NCBI RefSeq assembly: GCF_009914755.1
Contig: NC_060947.1
DNA length: 64,000 bases
Strand: one strand, 5' to 3'
Source: the human T2T-CHM13v2.0 reference genome, Homo sapiens
Shown: positions 44,995 through 58,532 of the stretch, one piece after another
Position numbering within the stretch: the stretch's first letter is position 1
Layout of the letters: every line of letters begins with the position of its first letter
Made by a program: the position numbers and the translations under genes
Notes under the pieces: model-generated
What the model saw: only the letters and a program-made list of their open reading frames with translations
Databases searched by the model: none
Told to the model about the DNA's origin: nothing

Positions 44995-45180
44995 TACCTG
45001 TTGAGCGTTCAGGTATGCCAAACACAGTTCTAAGCATTTAAAAGCATTAATCTATTTAATCCTCACAACAACTCTATGAGGTATGTACTAATAAAATATT
45101 TGTTTTACAGATGAGAAATCTAAAAAACAGAAAGGTTAAATAACTTACCCAACTAGTAAGTGATAGAGCTAGGATTAAGT
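44995..45180 (-). mobile_element. MIR SINE
   Basis: atttaatcctcacaacaactctatgagg...tgttttacagatgagaaa...aaggttaaataacttaccca. Confidence 0.75.
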
Positions 45181-45619
45181 ACTCATGGATATTTTTTTGA
45201 CCCTTACCAGTGGTAATGCTAGCTAAATGTGATGAAAATAATTTTTTAATTGTAGGTAAATAATTTCCAAAAATTACATTCCTCGTTCTAAATTCAAGAA
45301 TTTGATTCCAGCAAGCAGAACCAAGTCTGATTTTATATGTTCTTGTGTATGTTGTTTTGGATTTACTAACACTATAACGAGCATGCATTTACATAGATAT
45401 GAACCTGACAGGCCTTAGGAAAAGACTGCTAAATTTAGATGTAAAATGAGCAACAATGTGTTATGTCCTTTTTAAATCAGAGAGTATAAAATAGGTTTAC
45501 TTTCCTAAAAAGATAGACAGGAATAACTTATGGAAACATGGATACCAGTAGCAGAAGCAATCTAGATTAGTAGTTACTAGCATTGGCTGTAGCATCAGCC
45601 ATAGTTGGTAATTTTGTCT

Positions 45620-45760
45620 GCCATCTAATTATTCCAGTGTGACCTTGGGGATGTTACTCTGGGCCTCAGTTTTCTTATTAAATGAATATGATAATATCTG
45701 CCTTGTAGAGTTTTGTGAGATTTAATGGTAAGACATTGTAAATTGCCTCAGTGCCCAGTA
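45620..45760 (+). mobile_element. MIR SINE
   Basis: tgtgaccttgggg...ctctgggcctcagttttctt...ttttgtgagatttaa. Confidence 0.6.
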
Positions 45761-46934
45761 TGTTGGGTCTTTGTTTTCATTATTATCATTATTACATAGA
45801 AGCTTTAACATGGAAATAGAAACAGGGAAAAGGTGGCATTAAATCATTTTAACTATATAGGGTCTCATTGCTCAGGCTTCAAAGGCAAAGGCTTAAATTT
45901 GATGAGATCAGTTGCTTGGCAACTTTTCAAAATGGTAATATTTCCCATCAGCTTTTCCATCTTGCTGTACATGGACTCCTTGCCCTTGCTATTTCATCAT
46001 AACACATTTCTATGCATAGAAACATGCTAAAAGGTAGACACAGTTGGCTGAGTCCCTTTGTGGCCATGAATGGTCATATTTTATAAGAATAGGAGGAAAA
46101 CATATCTTTTAACAATAATATCACCAAATAGTATTGGTTTGAAGGTAGGAATCCAGACCTTTTCTGATTTATTGAAAATCCAGGACCTCACAAAAAGCAC
46201 AGGAATGAATGTAAAGCTGATATTTTAGAAATTATCCTCATAAATGTTACTTGTACACATTGTGCATTGAGGAAAATTAATCTCTGTAACATTATACCTG
46301 AACATTTTCTACCTGAGTAGTTGGGACAAGAGAAAATCAAATACTATGTCCTTTTTATCCACATAAATAGCAAACGGCTTGAGTGACATATAGCAGTATG
46401 ATGAAGGGCCTATGGGCAATGACATCATAAACTGAGTTTTATCAATGTGAAGTTAGGATAGCGTCTGTAGGTTCCAGGGTCTCTCTGTCCTGTGATTTTA
46501 AAATGTAAATAATCTTCCTTATCAGGTAAAAGTTCAGCTGTCATTAATCAGCTATTCTGGAGACAAAAGAAAATAGGATTCTACCCATGGGAAATTTTTG
46601 TGTTCAAGTAAAATGTACGATTTCCAAAGAAGAACTAACCACAGAAATAGAAATTAGTGATTCAAAGATGAAGAAATGTGGGATGTGCACTATATTCATG
46701 GGAATTCTTATTCCTTTAGACTTATTTAATAAAGTTCATAAAGACTACATGTTGGTTAGCCTCACAAAATAATTTTTAGCATCAAGCTGATGGTGGTAAG
46801 GAACCATGTAATTGATGGAAAAGCAGTTCAACAATATTTTGACATAGAAAGTAGTCTGTTTCTATTGTAAAACTTGGAGAAATCGTCTAAGGAAGGCATT
46901 CTTCCTGAATTTGTGCAATTTTACTGATGGAAAT

Positions 46935-47360
46935 GGAAGAGCATGAATTATGAGGTCAAATAGACTTGAATTTGCTATCACAGCTTGGCTTTTAATAGCT
47001 AATTGACCTTGAGCTTCAGACTTAACCTCCCTGTATTTTTGTTTCCCTGTCTGTAAAATGGAATAGTAATATTACTCATGGTGTTTTTTTATGAGGATTA
47101 AATTAGATAACATACGTCAAATACTTAGAAGAGTTCTTTTTTTTCTTTTCTTTTCTTTTTTTCTTTTTTTTGAGACAGGGTCTTGCCCTGTTACCCAGTC
47201 TGTAGTGCAATGGCATGATCTCGGCTCACTGCAACCTCCACCTCTCGGGTTCAAGCAATTCTCTGCCTCAGCCTCCTGAGTAGCTGGGATTACAGGCGTG
47301 CATCACCACGCCTGGCTAATTAGCAGAGTTCTTGCCTCATAGAAAGTACTCAAGAAATGA
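46935..47360 (+). mobile_element. MIR SINE interrupted by a truncated Alu
   Basis: gacttaacctccctgt...tctgtaaaatggaatagtaat...tgaggattaaattagataa, resuming after the Alu as gcctcatagaaagtactcaag. Confidence 0.65.
47139..47320 (-). mobile_element. 5'-truncated Alu (right arm only)
   Basis: T-rich tail, gagacagggtcttg...accacgcctggctaat; TSD tagaagagttctt (47126-47138) / tagcagagttctt (47321-47333). Confidence 0.9.
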
Positions 47361-47917
47361 TGCCTTAGATGGTATAATAAATGCTTGCTGCTCATAAATA
47401 AAAATGTCCCAAAGATTTTTCAAGTCTCCTGTGGAAGGACTTAGTTAGTAAAGGACAAAGTATCTAGAAGTCTTTCCACATGTTTGGTCACTCTACCAAG
47501 CCAATAGCTGGCCATTTAAATTATAGCAGTTAAATATGAGTAGAGCTTTTTGGTTTCTTTTGGTTTGATTTTGCAAACCAAAGCAGAAGGAAGATCTTTC
47601 AAATAGTTAATAACACTGCAAACTGCCCTCATCCAAATCCTCTTAAGCTCCAGTATAAAAATCATCAGCTCACATGCTGGATTAGAAGGGCCCAGTTATA
47701 ATCTCTCAGCGTCAGGAATCTGAAAACAGTTCAGCCCCCACATCTTTTTAAAGTTTTTGATTAGTTGCTTAAAAAATGGAAGAATAGTATATTATATAAA
47801 ATAAATAAAATGGTTGGAGAGCCTTAAAGAAATTAAACCTAGGAAGAAAAGATTATTCTGAAAGAATTCAAGGTACTAGGTAATGGATAAAACAGTAAGA
47901 TTAAGAAAAAGAACTTT

Positions 47918-50900
47918 CGGTGGCTGGCAAGATGGCCAAATAGGAACAGCTCCAGTCTGCAGCTCCCAGAGGGATCAATGCAGAAGGTGGGTAATTTCTG
48001 CATTTCCAACTGAGGTACCTGGCTCATCTCACTGGGACTGGTTAGACAGTGGGTACAGCCCGTGGAGGGTGAGCAGAAGCAGGGTGGGGCGTCGCCTCAC
48101 CCTGGAAGCACAAGGGGTCGGGGACCTCCCTCCCCTAGCCAAGGGAAGCCATGAGGGACTATGCCATGAGGAACGGTGCATTCCGGCCCAGATACTACGC
48201 TTTTCCCATGGTCTTCGCAACCCACAGACTATGAGATTCCCTCAGGTGCCTACACCACCAGGGCCCTGGGTTTCAAGCACAAAACTGGGCGACTGTTTGG
48301 GCAGACACCAAGCTAGCTGCAGGAGTTTTTTCCTACCCCATTGACACCTGGAATGCCAGCGAGACAGAACCATTCACTCCCTGGAAAGGGGGCTGAAGCC
48401 AGGGAGCCAAGGGATCTAGCTCAGTGGATCCCACCCCGACAGAGCCCAGCAAGTTAAGATCCACTGGCTTGAAATTCTCACTGCCAGCACGGCAGTCTGA
48501 AGTGGACCTGGGATGCTCAACCTTGCTGGGGGAAGGGGCGTCCACCATTACTGAGGCTTTAGTGGGCAGTTTTCCCCTCACAGTGTAAACAAAGCCTCTG
48601 GGAAATTCGAACTGGGCGGAGCCCACCACAACCTCGGCAAAGCCACGGTAGCCAGACTGCCTAGATTCTCCTCTAGATTCTTCTAGTTTCTTCCTCTAGA
48701 TTCTTCCTCTCTGGGCAGGGCATCTCTGAAAGAAAGGCAGCAGCCCCAGTCAGGGGCTCATAGATAGAACTCCCATCTCCCTGGGACAGAGCACGTGGGG
48801 GAAGGGGTGGCTGTGGGTGCAGCTTCGGCAGACTTAAACATTCCTGTCTGCCAGCTCTGAAGAGAGCAGCAGATCTCCCAGCACAGCGCTCGAGCTCAGC
48901 TAAGGGACAGACTGCCTCCTTAAGTGGGTCCCTGACCCCCATGCCTCCTTATTGGGAGACACCTCCCAGCAGGGGTTGACAGACACCTCATACAGGAGAG
49001 CTCCAGCTGGCATCTGGCAGGTGCCCCTCTGGGATGAAGCTTCCAGAGGAAGGAACAGGCAGCAATCTTTGCTGTTCTGCAGCCTCTGCTGGTGATGATA
49101 CCCAGGCAAACAGGGTCTGGAGTGGACCTCCAGCAAACTCCAGCAGACCTGCACCAGAGGGACCTGACTGTTAGAAGGAAAACTAACAAACAGAAAGGAA
49201 TAGCATCAACATCAACAAAAAGGACATCCACACAAAAACCTCATCCAAAGGTCACCAACATCAAAGATCAAAATAGATAAATCCACGAAGATGAAGAAAA
49301 ACCAGCACAAAAGGCTGAAAATTCCAAAAACCAGAATGCCTCTTTTCTTCCAGAGGATCACAACTCCTCACCAGCAAGGGAACAAAACTGGACGGAAAAT
49401 GAGTTTGACAAGTTGACAGAAGTAAGCTTCAGAAGATGGGTAATAACAAACTCCTGAGCTAAAAGAGCATGTTCTAACCCAATGCAAGGAAGCTGAGAAC
49501 CTTGAAAAAAGGTTAGAGGAATTGCTAACTAGAATAACCAATTTAGAAAAGAACATAAATGACCTGATGGAGCTGAAAAACACAACATGAGAACTTCGTG
49601 AAGCATACACAAGTATCAGTAGCAGAATCTATCAAGCAGAAGAAAGGATATCAGAGATTGAAGATCAACTTAATGAAATAAAGCGTGAAGACAAGATTAG
49701 AGACAAAAGAATGAAAAAGAATGAACAAAGGCTCCAAGAAATATGAGACTATGTGAAAAGACCAAACCCACATTTGGTCTTGTTTGGTGTACCTGAAAGT
49801 GACTGGGAGAATGGAACCAAGTTGGAAAACACTCTTCAGGATATTATCCAGGAGAACTTACCCAACCTAGCAAGACAGGCCAAATTCAAATTCAGGAAAT
49901 ACGGAGAAAACCACAAAGATACTCCTCAAGAAAAGCAACGCCAGGACACATAATCATCAGATTTACCAAGTTTGAAATGAAGGAAAAAAAGGTTAAGGGC
50001 AGCCAGAGAGAAAGGTCGGGTTACCCACAAAGGAAAGCCAATCAGACTAACAGCAGATCTATCTGCAGAAACCCTACAAGCCAGAAGAGAGTGGGGGGCA
50101 ACATTCAACATTCTTAAAGAAAAGAATTTTCAACCCAGAATTTCATATTCAGCCAAACTAAGATTCATAAGCTAAGGAGAAATAAAATCCTTTACAGACA
50201 AGTAAATGCTGAGAGATTTTGTCACTACCAGGCCTGCCTTACAAGAGCTCCTGAAGGAAACACTAAATATGGAAAAGAAAAACTGGCACCAGCCACTGCA
50301 ATAATATACAAATTGTAAAGACCATCAACACTATGAAGAAACTGCATCAACTAATGGGCAAAATAACCAGCTAGCATCATAATGACAGAATCAAATTCTC
50401 ACATAACAATATTAACCTTAAATGTAAACAGACTAAATGCCCCAATTAAAAGACACAGACTGGCAAATTGGATAAAGAGTCAAGACCCGTCAGTGTAGTA
50501 TACTCAGGAGACCCATCTGACATGCAAAGACACACATGGGTTCAAAATAAAGGGATGGAGGAATATTTACCAAGCAAATGGAAAGCAAGAAAAAAAAAGC
50601 AGGAGTTGCAATCCTAGTCTCTGATAAAACAGACTTTAAAGCAACAAAGATCAAAAAAGACAAGGGCATTGCACAATGGTAAAGGGATCAATGCAACAAG
50701 AAGAGCTAACTATCCTAAATATATATGCACCCAATACAGGAGCACCCAGATTCATAAAGCAAGTCCTGAGTGACCTACAAAGAGACTTAGACTCCCACAC
50801 AATAATAATGGGAGACTTTAACACCCCACTGTCAATATTAGACAGATCAATGAGACAGAAAATTAACAAGGATATTTAGGACTTGAACTCAGCTCTGGAC

Positions 50901-53900
50901 CAAGCAGACCTAATAGACATCTACAGAACTCTCCACCCCAAATCAACAGAATATACTTTCTTCTCAGCACCACATCACACTTATTCTAAAACTGACCACA
51001 TAATTGGAAGTAAAACACTCCTCAGCAAATGCAAGAGAACAGAAATTATAACAAACAGTCTCTCAGACCACAGTGCGATCAAATTAGAACTCAGGATTAA
51101 GAAACTCACTAAAACTGCACAACAACATGGAAACTGAACAACCTGCTCCTGAATGACTACTGGGTAAATAATGAAATTAAGGCAGAAATAAATAAGTTCT
51201 TTGAAACCAATGAGAACAAACACACAACGTACCAGAATCTCTGGGACACATTTAAAGCAGTGTGTAGAGGGAAATTTATAGCACTAAATGCCCACAGGAG
51301 AAAATGGGAAAGATCTAAAATCGACACCCTAACATGACAATTAAAAGAACTAGTGAAGCAAGAGCAAACACATTCAAAAGCTAGCAGAAGTCAAGAAATA
51401 ACTAAGATCAGAGCAGAACTGAAGGAGAGACATGAAAAACCCTTCAAAGAATCAGTGAATCCAAGAGGTGGTTTTTTGAAAAGATTAACAAAATAAACCA
51501 CTAGCCAGACTAATAAGGAAAAAATAAAGAAGAATCAAATAGACACAATAAAAAATGATGAAGGAGAGATCACCACTGATCCCACAGAAATACACACTAC
51601 CATCAGAGAATACTATCAACACATTTACACAATTAAACTAGAAAATCTAGAAGAAATGGGTAAATTCCTGGAGACATGACACCCTCCCAAGACTAAACAA
51701 GGAAGAAGCTGACTCCCTAAATAGACCAATAACAAGTTCTGAAATTGAGGCAGTAATTAATAGCCTATCAACCAAAAAAAGCCCAGGACCAGATGGATTC
51801 ATAGCCGAATTCTACCTGAGGTACAAAGAGGAGCTGGTACCATTCCTTCTGAAAGTATCCCATACAATAGAAAAAGAGGGACTCCTCCCTAACTCATTTC
51901 ATGAGGCCAGCATCATCCTGATACCAAAACCTGGCAGAGACACAACAAAAAAAGAAAATTTCAGGCCAGTATCCCTGGTGAACATCTATGTGAAAATCCT
52001 CAATAAAATACTGGCAAACCAAATCCAGCAGCACATCTAAAAGCTTATCCACCACGATCAAGTCGGCTTCATCCCTGGGATGCAAGGCTTGTTCAACATA
52101 CCCAAATCAATAAACGTAATCCATCACAGAAACAGAACCAATGACAAAAACCTCATGATTTTCTCAATAGATGCAGAAAAGGCCTCCAGTAAAATTCAGC
52201 ACCCCTTCATGCTAAAAACTCTGAATAAAATAGGTATTGATGGAACGTATCTCAAAATAATAAGAGCTATTTATGACAAACCCACAGCCAATATCATACT
52301 GAATGGGCAAAAGCTGGAAGCATTCCCTTTGAAAACTGACATAAGACAAGGATGCCCTCTCTCACCACTCCTATTCAGCATAGTATTGGAAGTTCTGGCC
52401 AGGGCCATCAGGCAAGAGAAAGAAATAATGGGTATTCAAATAGGAAGAGAAGAAGTCAATTTGTCCCTGTTTGCAGATGACATGATTGTATATTTAGAAA
52501 ACCCCATCGTCTCAGTCCAAAATTGCCTTAAGCTGAGAAGCAACTTCAGCAAAGTCTCAGGATACAAAATCAATGTGCAAAAATCGCAAGCGTTCCTATA
52601 CACCCATAATAGAGAGCCAAACCATGAGTGGGCTCCCGTTCACAATTGCTACTAAGAGAATAAAATACCTAGGAATACAACTTACAAGGGATGTGAAGGA
52701 CCTCTTCAAGGAGAACTACAAACCACTGCTCAAGGAAATCAAAGAGGACACAAACAAATGGAAAGACATTCCATGCTCATGGATAAGAAGAATCAATATC
52801 ATGAAAATGGCCATACTGCCCAAAGTAATTTATAGATTAAATGCTATCCCCATCAAGCTACCATTGACTTTCTTCACAGAATTAGAAAAAAACTACTTTA
52901 GATGTCATACGGAACCAAAAAAGAGCCCATATACCCAGGACAATCCTAAGCAAAAAGAACAAAGCTGGAGGCATCACACTACCTGACTTCAAACTATACT
53001 ACAAGGTTACAGTAACCAAAACAGCATTTACTGGTATCAAAACAGATATATAGACCAGTGGAACAGAATAGAGGGAGGCCTCAGAAATAAGGCCACACAT
53101 CTACAACCATGTGATCTTTGACAAGCCTGACAAAAACAAGCAATGGGGAAAGGATTTCCTATTTAATAAATGGTGCTGTGAAAACTGGCTAGCCATATGC
53201 AGAAAACTGAAACTGGACCCCTTCCTTACACCTTATAGAAAAATTAACTCAAGATGGATTAAACACTTAAACGTAAGACCTAAAACCATAAAAACCCTAG
53301 AAGAAAACCTAGGCAGTACCATTCAGGACATAGGCATGGGTAAAGGCTTCATGACTAAAACACCAAAAGCAATGGCAACAAAAGCCAAAATAGACAAATG
53401 GGATCTAATTGAACTAAAGAGCTTCTGACAGGAAAAGAAACTATCATCAGAGTGAACAGTCAACCTACAGAATGGGAGAAAATTTTTGCAATCTATCCAT
53501 CTGACAAAGGGCTAATATCCAGAATCTACAAGAAACTTAATTAAACAAATGTACAAGAAAACAGCCCCATCAAAAAGTGGGCAAAGGATATGAACAGACA
53601 CTTCTCAAAAGAAGACATTTATGTGGCCGACAAACATATGAAAAAAAAGCTCATCATCACTGGTCATTAGAGAAATACAAATCAAAACCACAGTGAGATA
53701 CCATCTCATGCCAGTTAGAATGGCGATCATTAAAAAGTCAGGAAACAACAGATGCTGGAGAGGATGTGGAGAAATAGGAACACTTTGACACTGTTGGTGG
53801 GCCTGTAAATTAGTTCAACCATTGTGGAAGACAGTGTGGCAATTCCTCAAGGATCTAGAACCAGAAATAGCATTTGACCCAGCAATCCCATTACTGGGTA

Positions 53901-54707
53901 TATACCCAAAGGATAATAAATCATTCTTTTATAAAGACACATGCACACGTATGTTTATTGCAGCACTATGCCCAATAGCAAAGACTTGGAACCAACCCAA
54001 ATGCCCATCAATGATAGACTGGATAAAGAAAATGTGGCACATACACATCATGGAATACTATGCAACCATAAAAAAGGATGAGTTTGCCGGGCACAGGGGC
54101 TCACGCCTGTAATCACAGTACTTTGGGAGGCAGAGGCGGGTGGATTGCTTGAGCTCAGGAGTTGGAGACCAGCCTGGGCAACATGGTGAACCCTGTCTCT
54201 ACTAAAAATACAGAAAATTAGCCAGGTGTGGCAGGATGTGCCTGTAATCCCAGTTGCTTGGGAGACTGAGACGGGAGAATCACTTCAACCTGGGAAGCGG
54301 AGATTGCAGTGAGCCGAGACCGTTGCACTCCAGCCTGGGCAACAGAGCAAGACTCCATCTCAAAAAAAAAAAAAAATGAGTTTATGTCCTTTGCAGGGAC
54401 ATGGATAAAGCTGGAAACCATCATTCTCAGCAAACTAACACAGGAACAGAAAACCAAACACCGCAGGTTCTCATTCATAAGTGGGAGTTGAACAATGAAA
54501 ACACATGGACACAGGGAGGGGAACATCACACACCGGGGCCTTTCGGGGGTTGGGGGACTAGGGGAAGGATAGCATTAGGAGAAATACCTAATGTAGATGA
54601 TGGGTTGATGGGTGCAGCAAACCACCATGGCACGTGCATACCTATGTAACAAACCTGTGCATTCTGCACATGTATCCCAAAACTTAAAGTATAATTTAAG
54701 AGAAAGA
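47918..54707 (+). mobile_element. Full-length L1 (L1PA7-like), ORF1 and ORF2 disrupted, with a nested Alu
   Basis: 5'UTR start ggctggcaagatggccaaataggaacagc; ORF1 ATG about 49291; ORF2 ATG 50382; EN and RT fragments ([33 protein letters not shown]); 3'UTR ...aacttaaagtataat; TSD aagaaaaagaacttt (47903-47917) / aagaaaaatcacttt (54708-54722) at a tt|aaga EN site. Confidence 0.95.
54086..54375 (+). mobile_element. Alu SINE (AluS-like) inserted in the 3' part of L1 ORF2
   Basis: gccgggcacaggggctcacgcctgtaatc...gactccatctc plus polyA; duplicated target atgagttt on both sides. Confidence 0.93.
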
Positions 54708-54911
54708 AAGAAAAATCACTTTTAATAAAGTTCGGTGGTATTCATATGTAGATAAAATAGAAGTATTAGCAAACCAAATCAACATAGCTGATGCAACTAT
54801 GAGGGGGGAAAAAAACCTCTTCAGATGAATTAATCGAAAAGATATGAACTAGATGAAATAGTGTTCCCTTATAAACAGAATGGGAAAGCCAAGAAGAGAA
54901 ACAGTCTCACT

Positions 54912-55108
54912 CAGTGATTCTCTGGGTTCAGTATTGTCCCCCAGGGGACATTTGGTAATTTCCGGGGACAATTTTGTTGTCACATTTGTGGTGGAAAGTT
55001 GCTACTGGCATCTAATGGGTAGAGACCAAAGATGCTACTAAACATCCTGCAGTGCTCAGGACAGCACCCAACAAGAATGATCTGGCCTGAAATGTCTGAG
55101 AAACCCTG
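54912..55108. mobile_element. MER20 hAT-Charlie DNA transposon
   Basis: cagtgattctc...cccccaggggacatttgg...tgctactggcatctaatgggtagag...gagaaaccctg. Confidence 0.85.
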
Positions 55109-55524
55109 GCTAACTTAAGAATCAATTTACAAATAAATTGAATACAGAAGCAGATACTAGAAAATCAAAGTCAGAGACCTTGTATGGCACAGAGGTGATT
55201 GCCTTATATTTTTTTAATTGAAAGAACCTGGGAAGTTACTGCCCTGGAAAGATATACCAACATTTATTCACAGTTAGTATATTCTCTGGACAGAAGTATT
55301 CATTTAAGGTTGTTAGCGTCAGGGATTACCTAGCCTGTTCTACAATAGATAATCTAATCATGACATCCCCTGGAGCAGGAGACAATACGTTTATCCCTAG
55401 TCGAAATCCGAATACATTTTCCCCCATGAGAAAAAAAAAAAAAACTATAATAAATGGTAGCTAGGTAAAGTTTAAATAGGGCTATTCATGTTAGCTTTCA
55501 GATCACAATATGACTTAAGTAATC

Positions 55525-55812
55525 CAGCGATTTCCTAAGTACGTTCTTCAGATCACTAGTTCTGAAAGATAGCCTATGGAAGAAAGAGGTTATATGGTTA
55601 AATAAGATTGGGAAGTTTTACATATTTTAGGCCCCTCTTGGAGATTAATAAATTCACATTCACATACTACATCTTTGAAAGTTTTGTTGAATTTGGGTTA
55701 ATTTACTGTTTCCCAAATGTGTTTGTATATTAAATCCCTTTTTTGGTCACATAATACTTACCAGCTTCCCAATGGAACTAATGTTTTATGGAATGTATTT
55801 TGGAAAATATTG
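55525..55812. mobile_element. Old hAT-Charlie-type MITE (family uncertain)
   Basis: Degenerate TIR-like ends cagcgatttcctaag and tttggaaaatattg, with internal ttgggaag / tttcccaaa subrepeats. Confidence 0.45.
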
Positions 55813-57667
55813 TAAAAGACTTTTGCAGCTCTTCTTAAAGACCCAACTACCAATGATACGATTTCTTTGTGTCTTAAGTTCCAAACAGCTGACTTACAGA
55901 TAAGCATATAGAACAACCTCTGTTCTCAATATTTAAGCCTGCCCAGCGGTTGGATTATTGAATGTCATCTTCATTCTTCATTCTTATCTTGTAGAAAAGC
56001 CATATGTAAACTACTTTCTAGAGTAAATCTTATTTATGATGAAAGTTCAAACTAAAGTAAGAAAAACTATCTAGAAAGATCATTACATGGTGTTCTATAC
56101 TTCAAGCCACTTGTGGAATTACTACTATCACTGCAAAACAATTTGCCAGAAGTCATGGAAGAAATAGATCCTTGGGGATAGAAAATGTCAGGTGTAATAT
56201 TCAGTGTTCAAAAAGAGATAAGTAAAAATTACACACTGAATAATGACTGGAGACATTAGAGCAAATAATTAAAACAGTATACAGCCATTTAAAAATGTAC
56301 ATATGACAACTTAGCATTGTTTTATAAGCAACACATCATGTCATACCAATTTATTTGCCATCATTGTTAAGGTATTGGACCACAAACAAAAAGTTGCATC
56401 CACAGTTTATGCTGTAATCCTCCACTAGTTCTTCACATAGCCTTAGTATTTTGCAAGAGTTGCAAACTGGCTGTGAGGACACTTAAACAAACAAAAAAAA
56501 ACTAATCATACATGCCATTAAATTTTTGAAGAAAAATTAATTGGATTTTTGTCTAATGTAATGGTCTTGAATGATACATCACTGAGGCAATTTGATGTAG
56601 TGAAAAGAGGTCTGGGATAGGAACTTGAAAGTCTGTATTCATGGACTGACTCTAAGTGTTTATTACCCTGAAACTTCTTTAGTTTTTTTTCACTGAATAT
56701 CTGTGAAATCAGATTATCTGTGAAATCAGGGAGAGGATGAGGGTGAAGAGTATTAACCTGTGTGCTGTACTTTTACACTCCATTGTCTTCTAATTGTCTT
56801 ATTTTTGTTCTGTGAATGTGTCCATTAGGGTCCTACATTGTCAATAAAAGTGATGTTTCCATTACAAAAAAAAAAAAACTTTGGTCTGTCTGAAGTTTTT
56901 CATCTCTACCTTTCTTGCTGGCTTCACTAACAAGTAATGGTCTCAGAAAAATAGGTGAAAGGAATTGTAAAGTTATTACAAGATGTCATTTATTTTCAAA
57001 TAAGAATGTTCAACTAGTTACCTTATTATCTTTTTTTACTTTTCATGAGAGTGACTGTCTTCCATATGCTGATAGGATTTGCAAGACACACTGCTTTACT
57101 AAAATTTTTAAAACTAGACTGCTTTAATTTGCAGTTCTTTAACTTGAGAACTGCATGCTTTTAACCAATAATATTTACATGCCTGTGTCATCTTTCTTGT
57201 TCACATTTATATCAATGCTGAGCACAGCAAAGAGACAAGTATTTTAGCCTAGCTCATTTTATACCAACCAGAGCCTTCAGAGTACCCAGAACTCTTTTGC
57301 CACTTAAACAGTATTTAAATCATCTAAATCCTTTCTCATTCCTCCCACACCCCTCTAATGTAGAGAAATTGTCTCTATGAACAGAGACAACATTTCAACT
57401 ATTTCAGCTATTTCAACAGATTTCCAAACTCCAATGTGTATGTATAGCTTGTTCCCTCTTGTGGTGGAATACTTACAAAAGGTAATTTGGTTCAAAATAT
57501 AATTAGCCTTGGAATTAGGTGTTAGAAGTGCCGCATAATTTTTTGACGCAGTTCAGTATTTTCTCCTTTAGCAATTCTTTCATGTTATTCCCCATTTAAA
57601 GTATATATCACTTTTAGAAAGCAGTAGGAAAATACACAACCACAATGGAGCTTATTCTTGGAAATGA

Positions 57668-58532
57668 TTTTTTTAACTTTAAGTTTAGGGGTACAAGTGT
57701 GGGATTGTTACATAGGTAAACCTGTGTCATGGGGTTAGTTGTACAGATTATTTTATCCTCAGGTGTTTAGACTAGTACCCGTTAGTTGTTTTTCTTGATC
57801 CTCTCCCTCCTCCCACCTTCCACCCTCCAAAAGGCTCCAGTGTATGTTGTTCCCCTCTGTGTATCCATGTGTTCTCATCATTTAGCTCCCACTTGTAAGT
57901 GAGAACATGCAGTATTTGGTTTTCTGTTTCTGTGTTAGTTTGCTGAGCATAATGGCCTCCAGCTCCATCCAGGTCCCTGCAAACAACATGATCTTGTTCT
58001 TTTTTATGACCACATAGTATTCCATGGTTTATATGTGACACATTTTCTTTATCTAGTCTATCATTGATGGACATTTATGTTGATTCCATGTCTTTGCTAT
58101 TGTGAATAGTGCTGCAATGAACATACACATGCATATGTCTTTATAATAGAATGACTTCTATTCCTGTGGGTATATACCCAGTAATAGGATTGCTGGGTCA
58201 AATAGTATTTCTGTCTTTAGGTCTTTGAGGAATTGCCACACTGTCTTCCACAATGGCTGAACCAATTTATACTCCACCAACAGTGTATAAGAGTTCCTTT
58301 TTTCTTTTTTTCCACAACCTCACCAACATCTGTCTTTCTTTTTTTTTTTTTTTACTTTTTGGTAATAGCCATTCTGACAGGTGTGAGATGATGTCTCATT
58401 GTGGTTTTGATTTGCATTTCCCTAATGATTAGCGATGTTGAGCTTTTTTCCATATGATTGTTGGCAGCATGTATGTCTTCTTTTGAAAAGTGTCTGTTCA
58501 TGTCCTTTGCCCACTTTTTTTATGGGGTTATT
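57668..58532 (-). mobile_element. 5'-truncated L1 (L1PA13-like 3' fragment)
   Basis: 3'UTR gtacagattatttt...ctctccctcctcccaccttccaccctcc...gagaacatgc; TSD ttggaaatga at 57658-57667 and 58533-58542. Confidence 0.9.

Noticed and set aside
49291-54491. Reverse transcriptase and endonuclease ORFs as an active or novel retroelement
   Set aside because: This is ordinary L1 ORF1/ORF2, fragmented by stops, frameshifts and an Alu insertion, so it is not retrotransposition-competent.
56698-56729. 17-bp period duplication tatctgtgaaatcag
   Set aside because: Simple slippage duplication in degenerate repeat-like DNA with no functional cue.
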